Assembly (NCBI GenBank): GCA_044220955.1
Contig: JBGAQA010000011.1
Location: 32,001 to 96,000, forward strand
Length of the DNA: 64,000 bases
Reading direction: 5' to 3'
From: Sandaracinaceae bacterium
Lineage (GTDB): Bacteria; Myxococcota_A; Polyangia; Polyangiales; Sandaracinaceae
Positions 9,794 through 17,985 of this stretch are shown piece by piece. Position 1 is the first letter of the stretch. The number at the start of each line of letters is the position of its first letter. The position numbers and the translations under genes are program-made. The notes under the pieces are model-generated. The model saw nothing but the letters and a program-made list of their open reading frames with translations, did no database searches and was not told the DNA's origin.

Positions 9794-9891
9794 CCAGAGA
9801 AGGTACAGCGCGACGGGCGGGTCGGGAACCAGGGCGCGACGAGGCGGACACGCTGGCCGTGGTGCGCCTCGCGCCCCATGATGCGCGCCCG

Positions 9892-10806
9892 ATGAAGCAC
9901 GCGACGTTCGAGCTCACGAGCAGCGACGGCTCCCGGTTCTTCGCGCAGTCCTGGCTGCCCGAGGGGAGCGTCCGCGCCGTCGTGCAGATCGCGCATGGCA
10001 TGGCCGAGCACTCGTCGCGCTACGCCCGCTTCGCGTCGTACCTCGTGGAGCGTGGCTACGCCGTCTACGCCGACGATCACCGCGGCCACGGCAAGACCGT
10101 GAGCGACGCGGACGTGGGCTGGGCCGGGCTGGATGGCTGGAACGGGATCCTGAGCGACGTCATCCAGCTGGGCGCGCACGCGGAGAAGCAGCATCCGGGC
10201 AAGGAGCGCTGCCTCTTCGGCCACAGCATGGGCTCGTTCGCGACCCTGGGCGTCATGCTGCGCGGGGACCACTACCAGGCGTACGTGCTCTCGGGCTCCG
10301 ACGAGCCGGGCGGAGGGCTCGCGGCGCTGGGCAAGGGGCTCGCGCGGCTCGAGCGGCTGCGGCAGGGCGCGCGCGGCAAGAGCGAGCTGCTCGCGAAGAT
10401 GTCGTTCGGCGCGTTCAACGACGCGTTCAAGCCGGCGCGCACGGAGTTCGACTGGCTCTCGCGCGACCCGGCCGAGGTCGACGAGTACGTCGCCGACCCG
10501 CGCTGCGGCCACAAGATGACCAACCAGTTCTGGGTCGACTTCGTGGACGGCCTCGTCGCCACCGGCACCGCCGACTGGACCAAGATGCCGCGCCAGCGTC
10601 CGATCTACGTCTTCTCCGGCGACCATGATCCGGTGGGCAAGATGGGCAAGGGCGTCCGCGCGCTCGTCGCGCGGCTGCGGCGCGCGGGGTTCGACCGGGT
10701 CGAGGACAAGCTCTGGCCGGACGGGCGCCACGAGATGCTGAACGAGACGAACCGCGCCGAGGTGATGGCCGCGGTCGCCGCGTTCCTCGATCGCGCGCTC
10801 AAGTAG
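9892..10806 (+). CDS. Alpha/beta hydrolase (lysophospholipase/monoacylglycerol lipase-like)
   Basis: HGMAEHS, DHRGHG, nucleophile elbow GHSMG, DPV, RHEMLNE. Confidence 0.9.
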   Translation: MKHATFELTSSDGSRFFAQSWLPEGSVRAVVQIAHGMAEHSSRYARFASYLVERGYAVYADDHRGHGKTVSDADVGWAGLDGWNGILSDVIQLGAHAEKQHPGKERCLFGHSMGSFATLGVMLRGDHYQAYVLSGSDEPGGGLAALGKGLARLERLRQGARGKSELLAKMSFGAFNDAFKPARTEFDWLSRDPAEVDEYVADPRCGHKMTNQFWVDFVDGLVATGTADWTKMPRQRPIYVFSGDHDPVGKMGKGVRALVARLRRAGFDRVEDKLWPDGRHEMLNETNRAEVMAAVAAFLDRALK

Positions 10807-10882
10807 GCCCGCGGTCGCGCGCGCGCACCTTCCGGGACGTCGGGGGAGATCCTCGTCGGCTCACGCCCCCTGAACACCTGAA

Positions 10883-11674
10883 TTAGTCCACGCAGACGAG
10901 CCGGCGGCCTCGCGGACGCCCCGGCGCGACGCACTCGGTCCGCGCCTCGTCCAGCCGCGGCGCGCAGCCGAACAGGAGCGAGTGGCTCGCGCACGCGCCG
11001 ACGTGCAGGTGCAGCTCTTCTCCCGGGGCGCAGGTGCGGCCGTCGGGCGGGCTCGCGGTGAGCTCGGTGTGGTCCTCGAGGCAGGGGCCCTCGCAGTCGG
11101 CGCCCGAGAGGCAGCGTCGCCCCGCGTCGTGCGTGGGCCGATCGCACGCGAAGGTGCGCGCCATCCCCACGGGCCCGAAGCTTCCCCCGTCGGCGAGGCA
11201 GCGATCACGCTCGGCCACGAAGTCGGGCGCGAGCACGGCGCGCGTCGATCCGCGCGCCTCGATCGAGGCGCCCGACGCGTCGATCGCGAACACGGCGATC
11301 GCGACGTCGCCGGGCGTGCCCGAGCCGGCGATCTCGCGCGCGATCGACGCGCCATGTGCGAGGCGGCTCGTCGCGTGGTCGAAGGCATGCTCGGTGAGCC
11401 CGCCCGAGCCCGAGGCGACGGTCATGCGGTCGACGACGACCACGCCCGCGCCGCACCACCGGATCGCGACCGGAGCACGGCCCGCGATCAGCAGCGCGCC
11501 GCTCCACGTGCCCGGGATCGTGGCGGGTGCTTCGATCACGAGGCCCTCCGCGCCCGCGCACGGGAGAGGGTCCTCGCGGGTCGTCGTGCTCGGTGGCCGC
11601 ACGGCCACGGGCGCGGCTGGCGCGGCGGCCCCGCAGCCGAGGGTGAGCACGCAGATCCATCCGGCGGCTCTCAT
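10883..11674 (-). CDS. Hypothetical lipoprotein with Cys-rich C-terminal domain
   Basis: Lipobox TLGC; CLADGG...C...T.DAG..C....DCEG.C. Confidence 0.6.
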   Translation of the reverse strand: MRAAGWICVLTLGCGAAAPAAPVAVRPPSTTTREDPLPCAGAEGLVIEAPATIPGTWSGALLIAGRAPVAIRWCGAGVVVVDRMTVASGSGGLTEHAFDHATSRLAHGASIAREIAGSGTPGDVAIAVFAIDASGASIEARGSTRAVLAPDFVAERDRCLADGGSFGPVGMARTFACDRPTHDAGRRCLSGADCEGPCLEDHTELTASPPDGRTCAPGEELHLHVGACASHSLLFGCAPRLDEARTECVAPGRPRGRRLVCVD

Positions 11675-11739
11675 CGTCCGACCGACACCTACCGCGGTCG
11701 CAAGTTCGCGGCGAGAGCGATAGTCTCCCGGCCGTCGCG

Positions 11740-12453
11740 ATGCCCTGGATCCCCAAGATGCTCCGTGGCCAGCGCGTCCTCGCGCGCTGCACCGAAGACG
11801 GCAAGCTCCTCGCCGAGGGCGGTCGCGTCGAGATCCGCTACAAGCCTGGCGACGGCCGCGCGTACCGCGCCGGCGAGCGCAACCTCGAGGGCCTCGCGGG
11901 CGCAGAGCTCTTGCCGGACGAGCACTGCGCGCCCGCGGGCGAGCCGCCGCCCAAGAAGGAAGCGAAGTCGGCGAGCAAGGAGGCGCGCGTCGCCGACCAT
12001 CACGCGGCGGCGGCCAAGAGCAAGGCCGAGGTGATCGTGTTCGCCGACGGAGCGTGCAGCGGCAACCCCGGCCCCGCCGGGCTCGGCGTGGTCGTGTTCG
12101 AGGGCGGCGTGAAGAAGCGCGAGCTCTCCGAGTTCCTCGGCACCGGCACGAACAACATCGCCGAGCTCACGGCGCTCCTGCGCGCCGCGGAGCTGCTCGC
12201 CGACGAGACGCGGCACGTCGAGATGCGCACGGACTCGAGCTACGCGATCGGCGTGCTCACCAAGGGCTGGAAGGCCAAGGCGAACCCGGAGCTCGTGGCC
12301 AGGACGAAGCAGGCGCTCGCCAGGCTCGCGCGTGTCCACCTGACGTACGTGCCCGGCCACGCCGGCGTGCACGGCAACGAGCTGGCCGACGCTCTCGCCG
12401 TCGCGGCCGTGCAGTCACGCAAGAGCACCGGCTGGATCGTCTCCAAGCCCTGA
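11740..12453 (+). CDS. rnhA: Ribonuclease HI with N-terminal extension domain
   Basis: FADGACSGNPGPAG, TNNIAEL, TDSSY, GHAG.HGNELAD (D-E-D-D catalytic set) after about 90 extra N-terminal residues. Confidence 0.9.
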   Translation: MPWIPKMLRGQRVLARCTEDGKLLAEGGRVEIRYKPGDGRAYRAGERNLEGLAGAELLPDEHCAPAGEPPPKKEAKSASKEARVADHHAAAAKSKAEVIVFADGACSGNPGPAGLGVVVFEGGVKKRELSEFLGTGTNNIAELTALLRAAELLADETRHVEMRTDSSYAIGVLTKGWKAKANPELVARTKQALARLARVHLTYVPGHAGVHGNELADALAVAAVQSRKSTGWIVSKP

Positions 12454-12460
12454 ATCCGAT

Positions 12461-13255
12461 TCAGGGCATCATCGCCTTCGCGCCCGGCAGCCACGCGCCC
12501 CCGTCGACGACGATCGTCTCGCCGTGGACGTAGCTCGCCGCTCCGCTCACCAGCCAGGTCGCGCACTGCGCGATGTCCTCGATGGTGCCGAGCCGCCCGA
12601 GCGGGACGATGCCGGCGACCTTCTCCTTGAAGCCCGGCGGCGCGAGGCGCGCGTAGCCCTCGGTTCCGTCGATCGGGCCCGGCGCGATCCCGTTGACCTG
12701 GATGCCGAGTGAGCCCCACTCCATCGCGAGGGTCCGCGTGATCGCGTCCACCGCTGCCTTCGCAGCCGACGCGTGGATCTGCAGGGGCGTGGCCGCGTAG
12801 TGCAGCGTCGCGCTGATGTTGATGATGTGGCCGCCGTGATCGCGCAGCCACTTGTCGAACGACGCGCGGCAGACGTTGTACGTGCCCATCGCGTCGATCT
12901 CGAGCACCGTCTTGAACCCGTTGTAGGAGAGGCCCGCGGCGGGCGCGAGGAAGTTCCCCGCGGCGCCGTTCACGACGAAGTCGATCCGGCCGAGCTCGGC
13001 GATCGTGCGATCGAGCGCGGCCTCGATCTGCTTCGGGTCACGCACGTCGCAGCCGATCGGCACGCACTTGCGGGCCGTCTTGCCGCTCAGCTCCTTGGCC
13101 GCCTCCTCGAGGCGCTCGACCTTGCGGCCGAGGATCACGGCTTGCGCGCCGTGGGCCATGAAGCTCTCGGCGATCCCCTTGCAGATCCCCGAGCCACCTC
13201 CGGTCACGAACGCCACCTTGCCGTCGAGGATCCCGTCCCTGAACACGCTCTTCAT
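12461..13255 (-). CDS. SDR oxidoreductase, 2,4-dienoyl-CoA reductase (DECR2-like)
   Basis: TGGGSGI, VNGAAGNFLAP, ISATL, HASAAKAAVD, IAPGPI. Confidence 0.88.
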   Translation of the reverse strand: MKSVFRDGILDGKVAFVTGGGSGICKGIAESFMAHGAQAVILGRKVERLEEAAKELSGKTARKCVPIGCDVRDPKQIEAALDRTIAELGRIDFVVNGAAGNFLAPAAGLSYNGFKTVLEIDAMGTYNVCRASFDKWLRDHGGHIINISATLHYAATPLQIHASAAKAAVDAITRTLAMEWGSLGIQVNGIAPGPIDGTEGYARLAPPGFKEKVAGIVPLGRLGTIEDIAQCATWLVSGAASYVHGETIVVDGGAWLPGAKAMMP

Positions 13256-13407
13256 CGTCGCCTCCGCGCGGGCGACTATAGGCCAGCCCGCGCGCTGCAC
13301 GAGTGACACCCACATCCTGCGCACCTTGACTCCGAGGTGGGCCCCGTTACAACTCGGCCGCTCCGTCGCCCGCGGTCGGTCGCGACGCAGCTCGAAGGTG
13401 GGTGGGT

Positions 13408-13845
13408 ATGCGCGAAATCCTGTGTCTGTCACTCCTCGTGGCGGGTGTCTCGCTCGGGGGATGTGCGAGCGGTGAGGGTGGGGTCGCGGTCGCCGAGGGC
13501 GAGCTGCGGACGGACTGCTCGCTCGTGCGCTGCGCGATGCCGCTGTGCACCGAGGGCCAGCACCTGCAGACCGGCGGCAACGACTGCTGCCCGAGCTGCG
13601 CGGGCCCCGAGCCGCGCTGTGCGGCCGTCTTGTGCCCGATGTACCGCTGCGCGATGGGCTACCACCTCGAGCAGCGCGGGAACCAGTGCTGCGCCTCGTG
13701 CGTGCAGGATCATCCGACGGCCGAGTGTGACGTGGACGCGGACTGCCCCTCGTTCCAGTGCTTCGCGTGCCCCTGCCCGACCTCGTCGTGCCAGGGTCAC
13801 CAGTGCCGCACCTCGACGCCCGACGCGTCGAGCTGCGGCATCTGA
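13408..13845 (+). CDS. Small Cys-rich lipoprotein with duplicated CC-containing module
   Basis: Lipobox LGGC; two copies of C-x4-C-x4-C-x2-G-x-HL-x4-N-x-CC-x-SC. Confidence 0.7.
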   Translation: MREILCLSLLVAGVSLGGCASGEGGVAVAEGELRTDCSLVRCAMPLCTEGQHLQTGGNDCCPSCAGPEPRCAAVLCPMYRCAMGYHLEQRGNQCCASCVQDHPTAECDVDADCPSFQCFACPCPTSSCQGHQCRTSTPDASSCGI

Positions 13846-13984
13846 GCGCCGTCCAACAAGCGGACGCTGAGCCCCGTGGGCCGCGTCGGTGCGCCGAGCT
13901 GGCGCGCCCCGGCGGCCCACGCTGCTCCGCGCCGATCGCATCGGCGCCCGCCGGCGTGTGCACGCCCCTTGCGACGTCGGGCGC

Positions 13985-15448
13985 ATGCGCCGCCTCCGCC
14001 TGCTCCCGGTCCTCGTTCTCGCCGTGGTCCCCGCGTGCGTCGGGGGCGCCGACGACGAGTGCGAGGGCCCCGACGATCCGTACTGCACCGCCGCGGCGAG
14101 CGTCGAGGAGCTCCGCATCGCGGGCTCGTACGTGCCGGACCCTGCGGCCCTGCGCGCCGGCAGCGCGATCATCGCGTACGACGGCTCGACTCCCTGGGAC
14201 GGCGGCGCGCACTGCACCGGCGGCCTCACGCGCGGCGCGGGCCGCCTGCGCACGTACCTGTCGGGTCACTTCCGCGGCATCTCCAGCATCGGCGGCTACA
14301 GCTGCCGGCCCAACACGGCGAACACCTCGCAGATGAGCGTGCACGGCTCCGGACGCGCGCTCGACATCATGATCCCCACCGACCACGGCGATGCCGACAA
14401 CGGCGTGGGCGACGCGATCGCGAACTGGCTGATCACCAACTCGCGCACCATCGGGGTGCAGTACCTGATCTGGGACCACACGCAGTGGAGCGCGTCGCGC
14501 TCGACCGGCCGCGTGCGCGCCTACACGGGCCCCATCCCCCACATCGATCACATCCACGCCGAGATCACCATCGAGGCATCGCGCGAGCAGACGGCGTGGT
14601 TCACCGGCGCCTCGGTGACGCCCACCGACACGACCCCGCCGCCGCCCGCGACGCCGGCGCTCGACGCGCGCTTCATCGGCCAGGGCACGGACGCGGCCGC
14701 GGACACGACAGGCGCGGCCCAGTTCACGGCGTGCGCGGGCGATGCGGTCACGTTCTGGTTCGAGGTCGAGGACACCGGCACGGCGAGCTGGGTCGACGAT
14801 CACGGCACGACGAGCGGACACGCGGTGCGCCTGGGCGTCCCGAGCGACACCGCCGACCCGCTCACCGGCACCTCGCGCGTCTCGATCGACGCGTCGTCGA
14901 ACCCGCACGTGGTCCCGAGCGGCAGCGCGTGCACGACCTCCGGCTGCCGGCGCACGCGGTTCACGATGCACGGGCACGTGCCGGCGAGCGCGGGCATCCA
15001 CCGCACGACCTGGCGCATGGTCGACGAGACGCGGGCGTGGTTCGGCCCGAGCATGTGGCTCAGCTTCCGCGTCCGCGAGTGCGCGCCGCCGCCGCCGCCC
15101 CCGCCAACGGACGCCGACCACGACGGCGTGAGCGAGGATCGCGACTGCGACGATCACGACGCCGCCCGCTACCCCGGCAACCTCGAGGAGTGCTCGGACG
15201 GCGTCGACCAGGACTGCGACGACGTCGACGTCGAGTGCCTCACGCCCTGGGTCGCGGGGCCCGATCCCGACTACGACGACCCGGGCTTCGACTGGTCGGC
15301 GGGCGAGCCGGTCTTCACGCCGCCCGCGCGCGGGCCGCGCATGCTGAGCGGCGGCGGGTGCAGCGTGTCGCACGGCGGCGCGGCGGGATCCGGGTGGCTC
15401 GCGATGGTGCTCGCGGGGCTCGTGCTGGCGGCGCGGCGGCGGCCGTAG
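13985..15448 (+). CDS. MYXO-CTERM lipoprotein with peptidase M15/Hedgehog-like Zn-metallopeptidase domain, Ig-like domain and MopE-like motif
   Basis: SVHGSGRALD and HIDHIH Zn motifs; DCDDHDAARYPG..EECSDGVDQDC; C-terminal GGGCSV...hydrophobic...RRRP. Confidence 0.75.
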   Translation: MRRLRLLPVLVLAVVPACVGGADDECEGPDDPYCTAAASVEELRIAGSYVPDPAALRAGSAIIAYDGSTPWDGGAHCTGGLTRGAGRLRTYLSGHFRGISSIGGYSCRPNTANTSQMSVHGSGRALDIMIPTDHGDADNGVGDAIANWLITNSRTIGVQYLIWDHTQWSASRSTGRVRAYTGPIPHIDHIHAEITIEASREQTAWFTGASVTPTDTTPPPPATPALDARFIGQGTDAAADTTGAAQFTACAGDAVTFWFEVEDTGTASWVDDHGTTSGHAVRLGVPSDTADPLTGTSRVSIDASSNPHVVPSGSACTTSGCRRTRFTMHGHVPASAGIHRTTWRMVDETRAWFGPSMWLSFRVRECAPPPPPPPTDADHDGVSEDRDCDDHDAARYPGNLEECSDGVDQDCDDVDVECLTPWVAGPDPDYDDPGFDWSAGEPVFTPPARGPRMLSGGGCSVSHGGAAGSGWLAMVLAGLVLAARRRP

Positions 15449-15449
15449 C

Positions 15450-15479
15450 GCGAGAGCGAGAGCGAGAGCGAGAGCGAGA
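15450..15479. repeat. Intergenic hexanucleotide microsatellite (GCGAGA)x5
   Basis: Five perfect tandem copies directly after the stop at 15448. Confidence 0.85.
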
Positions 15480-15514
15480 GGCGCTCCCGATCGCGCTACG
15501 CTCTGCCCGGGACG

Positions 15515-16294
15515 ATGAACCCGCTCGCGCTCGGCTCGCTCGTGGTCGCCGGCGCGCTGGGCGGCGCGCTGAACTCGGTCGCGGGCGGCGGGAGCTTCAT
15601 CGTGTTCCCGACGCTCGTGCTCGCGGGGGTCACGCCCGTGTCGGCGAACGCCACGACCACCGTCGGGCTCTGGCCCGCGAGCACGGCGAGCGCGTACGCG
15701 TACCGGCGCGAGCTGCCGCGCGACCGGCGGCTCGCCGTCGCGCTCTCGCTCTCGAGCGTCCTGGGCGGTCTGCTCGGTGCGCTCCTCTTGCTCCGCACGA
15801 GCGACGCGACGTTCGCGCTCCTGATCCCGTGGCTCATCGCGGTCGCCGCCGCGCTCTTCACCTTCGGGCCGCGCATGCAGAGCGCGCTGAAGGCGCGGCT
15901 CGGGGAGTCGAGCGGGGAGATCTCGGGGCGTCGCATCGTCGTCGGCGCGCTCGTCCAGCTCGCCATCGCGACCTACGGCGGCTACTTCGGCGGCGGCATG
16001 GGCATCCTGATGCTCGCCACGTTCTCGCTCATCGGCCTGACCGACATGCACGCGATGAACGGCCTGAAGAACGTCCTCGGGGCGGTGCTCAACGGTGTCG
16101 CCATCATCGCGTTCCTCGTGGCCCACCAGGTCCGCTTCGTCCCGGCGCTCGCCGTCGCGATCGGCGGCGTCCTCGGCGGCTTCGGAGGCGCCTCGCTCGC
16201 CCGGAAGCTCCCGGCCGAGCGCGTGCGCAGTGCCGTGATCGTCTTCGCGTGGGCGATGGCCGCGTACTTCGCGTGGCGCGCGTACGGCGCGTGA
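15515..16294 (+). CDS. Sulfite exporter TauE/SafE family membrane protein
   Basis: NSVAGGGSFI.FP, ANAT, YGGYFGGGMG, NGLKN; about 8 hydrophobic helices. Confidence 0.9.
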   Translation: MNPLALGSLVVAGALGGALNSVAGGGSFIVFPTLVLAGVTPVSANATTTVGLWPASTASAYAYRRELPRDRRLAVALSLSSVLGGLLGALLLLRTSDATFALLIPWLIAVAAALFTFGPRMQSALKARLGESSGEISGRRIVVGALVQLAIATYGGYFGGGMGILMLATFSLIGLTDMHAMNGLKNVLGAVLNGVAIIAFLVAHQVRFVPALAVAIGGVLGGFGGASLARKLPAERVRSAVIVFAWAMAAYFAWRAYGA

Positions 16295-16494
16295 GGCCCA
16301 CGCCCCCGGCGGCCGGCGCCTTCGAGAACTCACACCGTCACGCCCCTCGCTCCGAGGAAGCGCTCGCTTGTGCTGGCGTATACCGGCTGGGTTCGGGCAC
16401 GATGAACAAATCGTCCCACCGCCGCGTCGGAGGCGGGCACGCGCTGCGCGTGCTACACCCGCGCGCGTTTTCAGGGCCGACTGCGGAGGTGACC

Positions 16495-17373
16495 ATGGGC
16501 TTGGCGGGACGAGCGGGAGCGGTGCGAGGGATGTGGATCGGGGCGTTCGCCGTGGCGGCTCTGGCGTTGGCGCCGAGCTTCGCCAGCGCGCAGCGCACGT
16601 ACACGTTCCCCGCCTACCAGGTGCAGGCGATGTGCATGTCGGGCAACCCCGACGCCTGCTACGAGCAGGGCCTGCGCCAGTACTGGGGCGACGAGGTCCC
16701 CTCGGATCGGTACGCGGCGTACCGGAGCTGGCAGCAGGCATGCGCCGGCAACCACTCGCAGGCGTGCTGGGAGGTGGCGTACGGATACCAGGAGGGCACC
16801 TACCTCCCCGCGAACCCGCAGCTCGCCTTCCAGATGTTCGTCCAGGGCTGCACCCGCAGCCACCCGGCTTCCTGCAACAGCGTCGGCTACGCCTACGAGA
16901 ACGGCATGGGAGCGCCCACGGATCTCGCGAGCGCGTTCCGCTACTACGAGATGGCGTGCAACCTCGGTGACTCGTGGGGCTGCCGGAACGAGGGCATCTT
17001 CCTCCGTGACGGCCGCCCGGGCATCGTCGCGCCCGACCCTTCGCGCGGCGTGCCCCTGCTGTCTCGCGCGTGCGCGCTCGGCCTGGCGCAGGCGTGCACC
17101 GAGGCGGCGCAGATGCCGGCCATCCCGGTCCCGCAGTACTGCGGAATGAGCGTCGCGTCGTACGGCCCGATCACGGTCGGCACGTCGGTCACGCTCGGCT
17201 ACCACACGCCGTGGTCCGGCGACGCCAACTGGGCCGACGAGATGGGCCGCTGGGTCGGCTCACGGACCGTCGTTACCTCCCTCGAGGGGCTCGACGAGGT
17301 CGGCTGCCCCGTGGTGCGTGTCGCGGCCGACGGTGGCCAGTACTACTGGCGCATCCGCAACATGAGCCTCTGA
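16495..17373 (+). CDS. Secreted Sel1-like repeat (Cys-bridged, HcpA-type) protein with a C-terminal SH3-like domain
   Basis: Signal peptide ending ASA; repeats ACYEQG..Y.G, ACWEVA..Y.EG, SCNSVG..YENG, GCRNEG; alternative start 16531. Confidence 0.8.
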   Translation: MGLAGRAGAVRGMWIGAFAVAALALAPSFASAQRTYTFPAYQVQAMCMSGNPDACYEQGLRQYWGDEVPSDRYAAYRSWQQACAGNHSQACWEVAYGYQEGTYLPANPQLAFQMFVQGCTRSHPASCNSVGYAYENGMGAPTDLASAFRYYEMACNLGDSWGCRNEGIFLRDGRPGIVAPDPSRGVPLLSRACALGLAQACTEAAQMPAIPVPQYCGMSVASYGPITVGTSVTLGYHTPWSGDANWADEMGRWVGSRTVVTSLEGLDEVGCPVVRVAADGGQYYWRIRNMSL

Positions 17374-17398
17374 CAGGCCCGCACGCTCTTCGACGGTG

Positions 17399-17427
17399 AC
17401 GCCCGGCCTCGGCCGGGCGTTCTCGTT
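17399..17427 (+). terminator. Intrinsic terminator-like hairpin after the Sel1 gene
   Basis: ACGCCCGGCC-TC-GGCCGGGCGT followed by TCTCGTT. Confidence 0.65.
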
Positions 17428-17542
17428 GGGGCCGATCCCGCCCGCATGAGAACGATTCTCCGGAGGCGAATTCCGTGCATTTCATCACGGGGTCGTGCGT
17501 AATCTCGCTACCCGTCACGGGGCTACGAGGGAGCAGAGAAGC

Positions 17543-17833
17543 ATGAAGAAGACGTTGAATCCGGAACAGATCCAGACCGAGTCGATGACGCGCCGCACGG
17601 CCGTCGGCATGGTGGGCGGCATGGCGCTCGGTGCGGCGGTACTGACGCTCGGCGTCACGCAGGAGGCGCACGCGATCCCGGGCTGCACCGACCGCGACCC
17701 GTCGGATCCGGCGGGCAACGGCCGCGGCCGCGGGATCAGCGACAGCGATCCGCGCGATCCGGTCGGCTGTGGCAGCCGCGCATGCAGCGACAGCGATCCG
17801 TCCGACCCGGCGGGCCGCGGTCGCCACTGCTGA
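17543..17833 (+). CDS. Small exported (Tat-like) protein with three DxDPxDPxGxG repeats
   Basis: MTRRTAVG twin-Arg, hydrophobic stretch, AHA cleavage; TDRDPSDPAGNG / SDSDPRDPVGCG / SDSDPSDPAGRG. Confidence 0.75.
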   Translation: MKKTLNPEQIQTESMTRRTAVGMVGGMALGAAVLTLGVTQEAHAIPGCTDRDPSDPAGNGRGRGISDSDPRDPVGCGSRACSDSDPSDPAGRGRHC

Positions 17834-17859
17834 CTCGTCCCTTCGGCGAGATCGGCCAG

Positions 17860-17893
17860 AGAAGGCGCGTCCGAGCGATCGGGCGCGCCTTTT
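17860..17893 (+). terminator. Intrinsic terminator with GNRA loop
   Basis: AGAAGGCGCGTCCGA-GCGA-TCGGGCGCGCCTTTT. Confidence 0.75.
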
Positions 17894-17985
17894 CGTCTGC
17901 TCCGAGCAGAGCCCGCGCGTGCCAGCGCGCACGGGCGGGAGCGCGGAGCGGCGGGCCGGGCAATTCCTGCTAGGAAGCGCGCCCT

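Noticed and set aside
11740..12453. RNase H as part of a retron or retroelement
   Set aside because: No reverse transcriptase or structured ncRNA nearby; the core looks like housekeeping RNase HI
15450..15479. Short tandem repeats as a possible CRISPR or iteron array
   Set aside because: Simple hexamer microsatellite with no spacers, and no cas or rep genes in the window
12461..16741. 1426-aa ORF suggesting a giant SDR fusion
   Set aside because: Only the last 264 aa (from ATG 13255) are SDR-like; the rest is shadow of plus-strand genes
13876..17373. 1165-aa ORF
   Set aside because: Only the part from 16495 (signal peptide + Sel1 repeats) looks coding; upstream it overlaps two real genes in other frames
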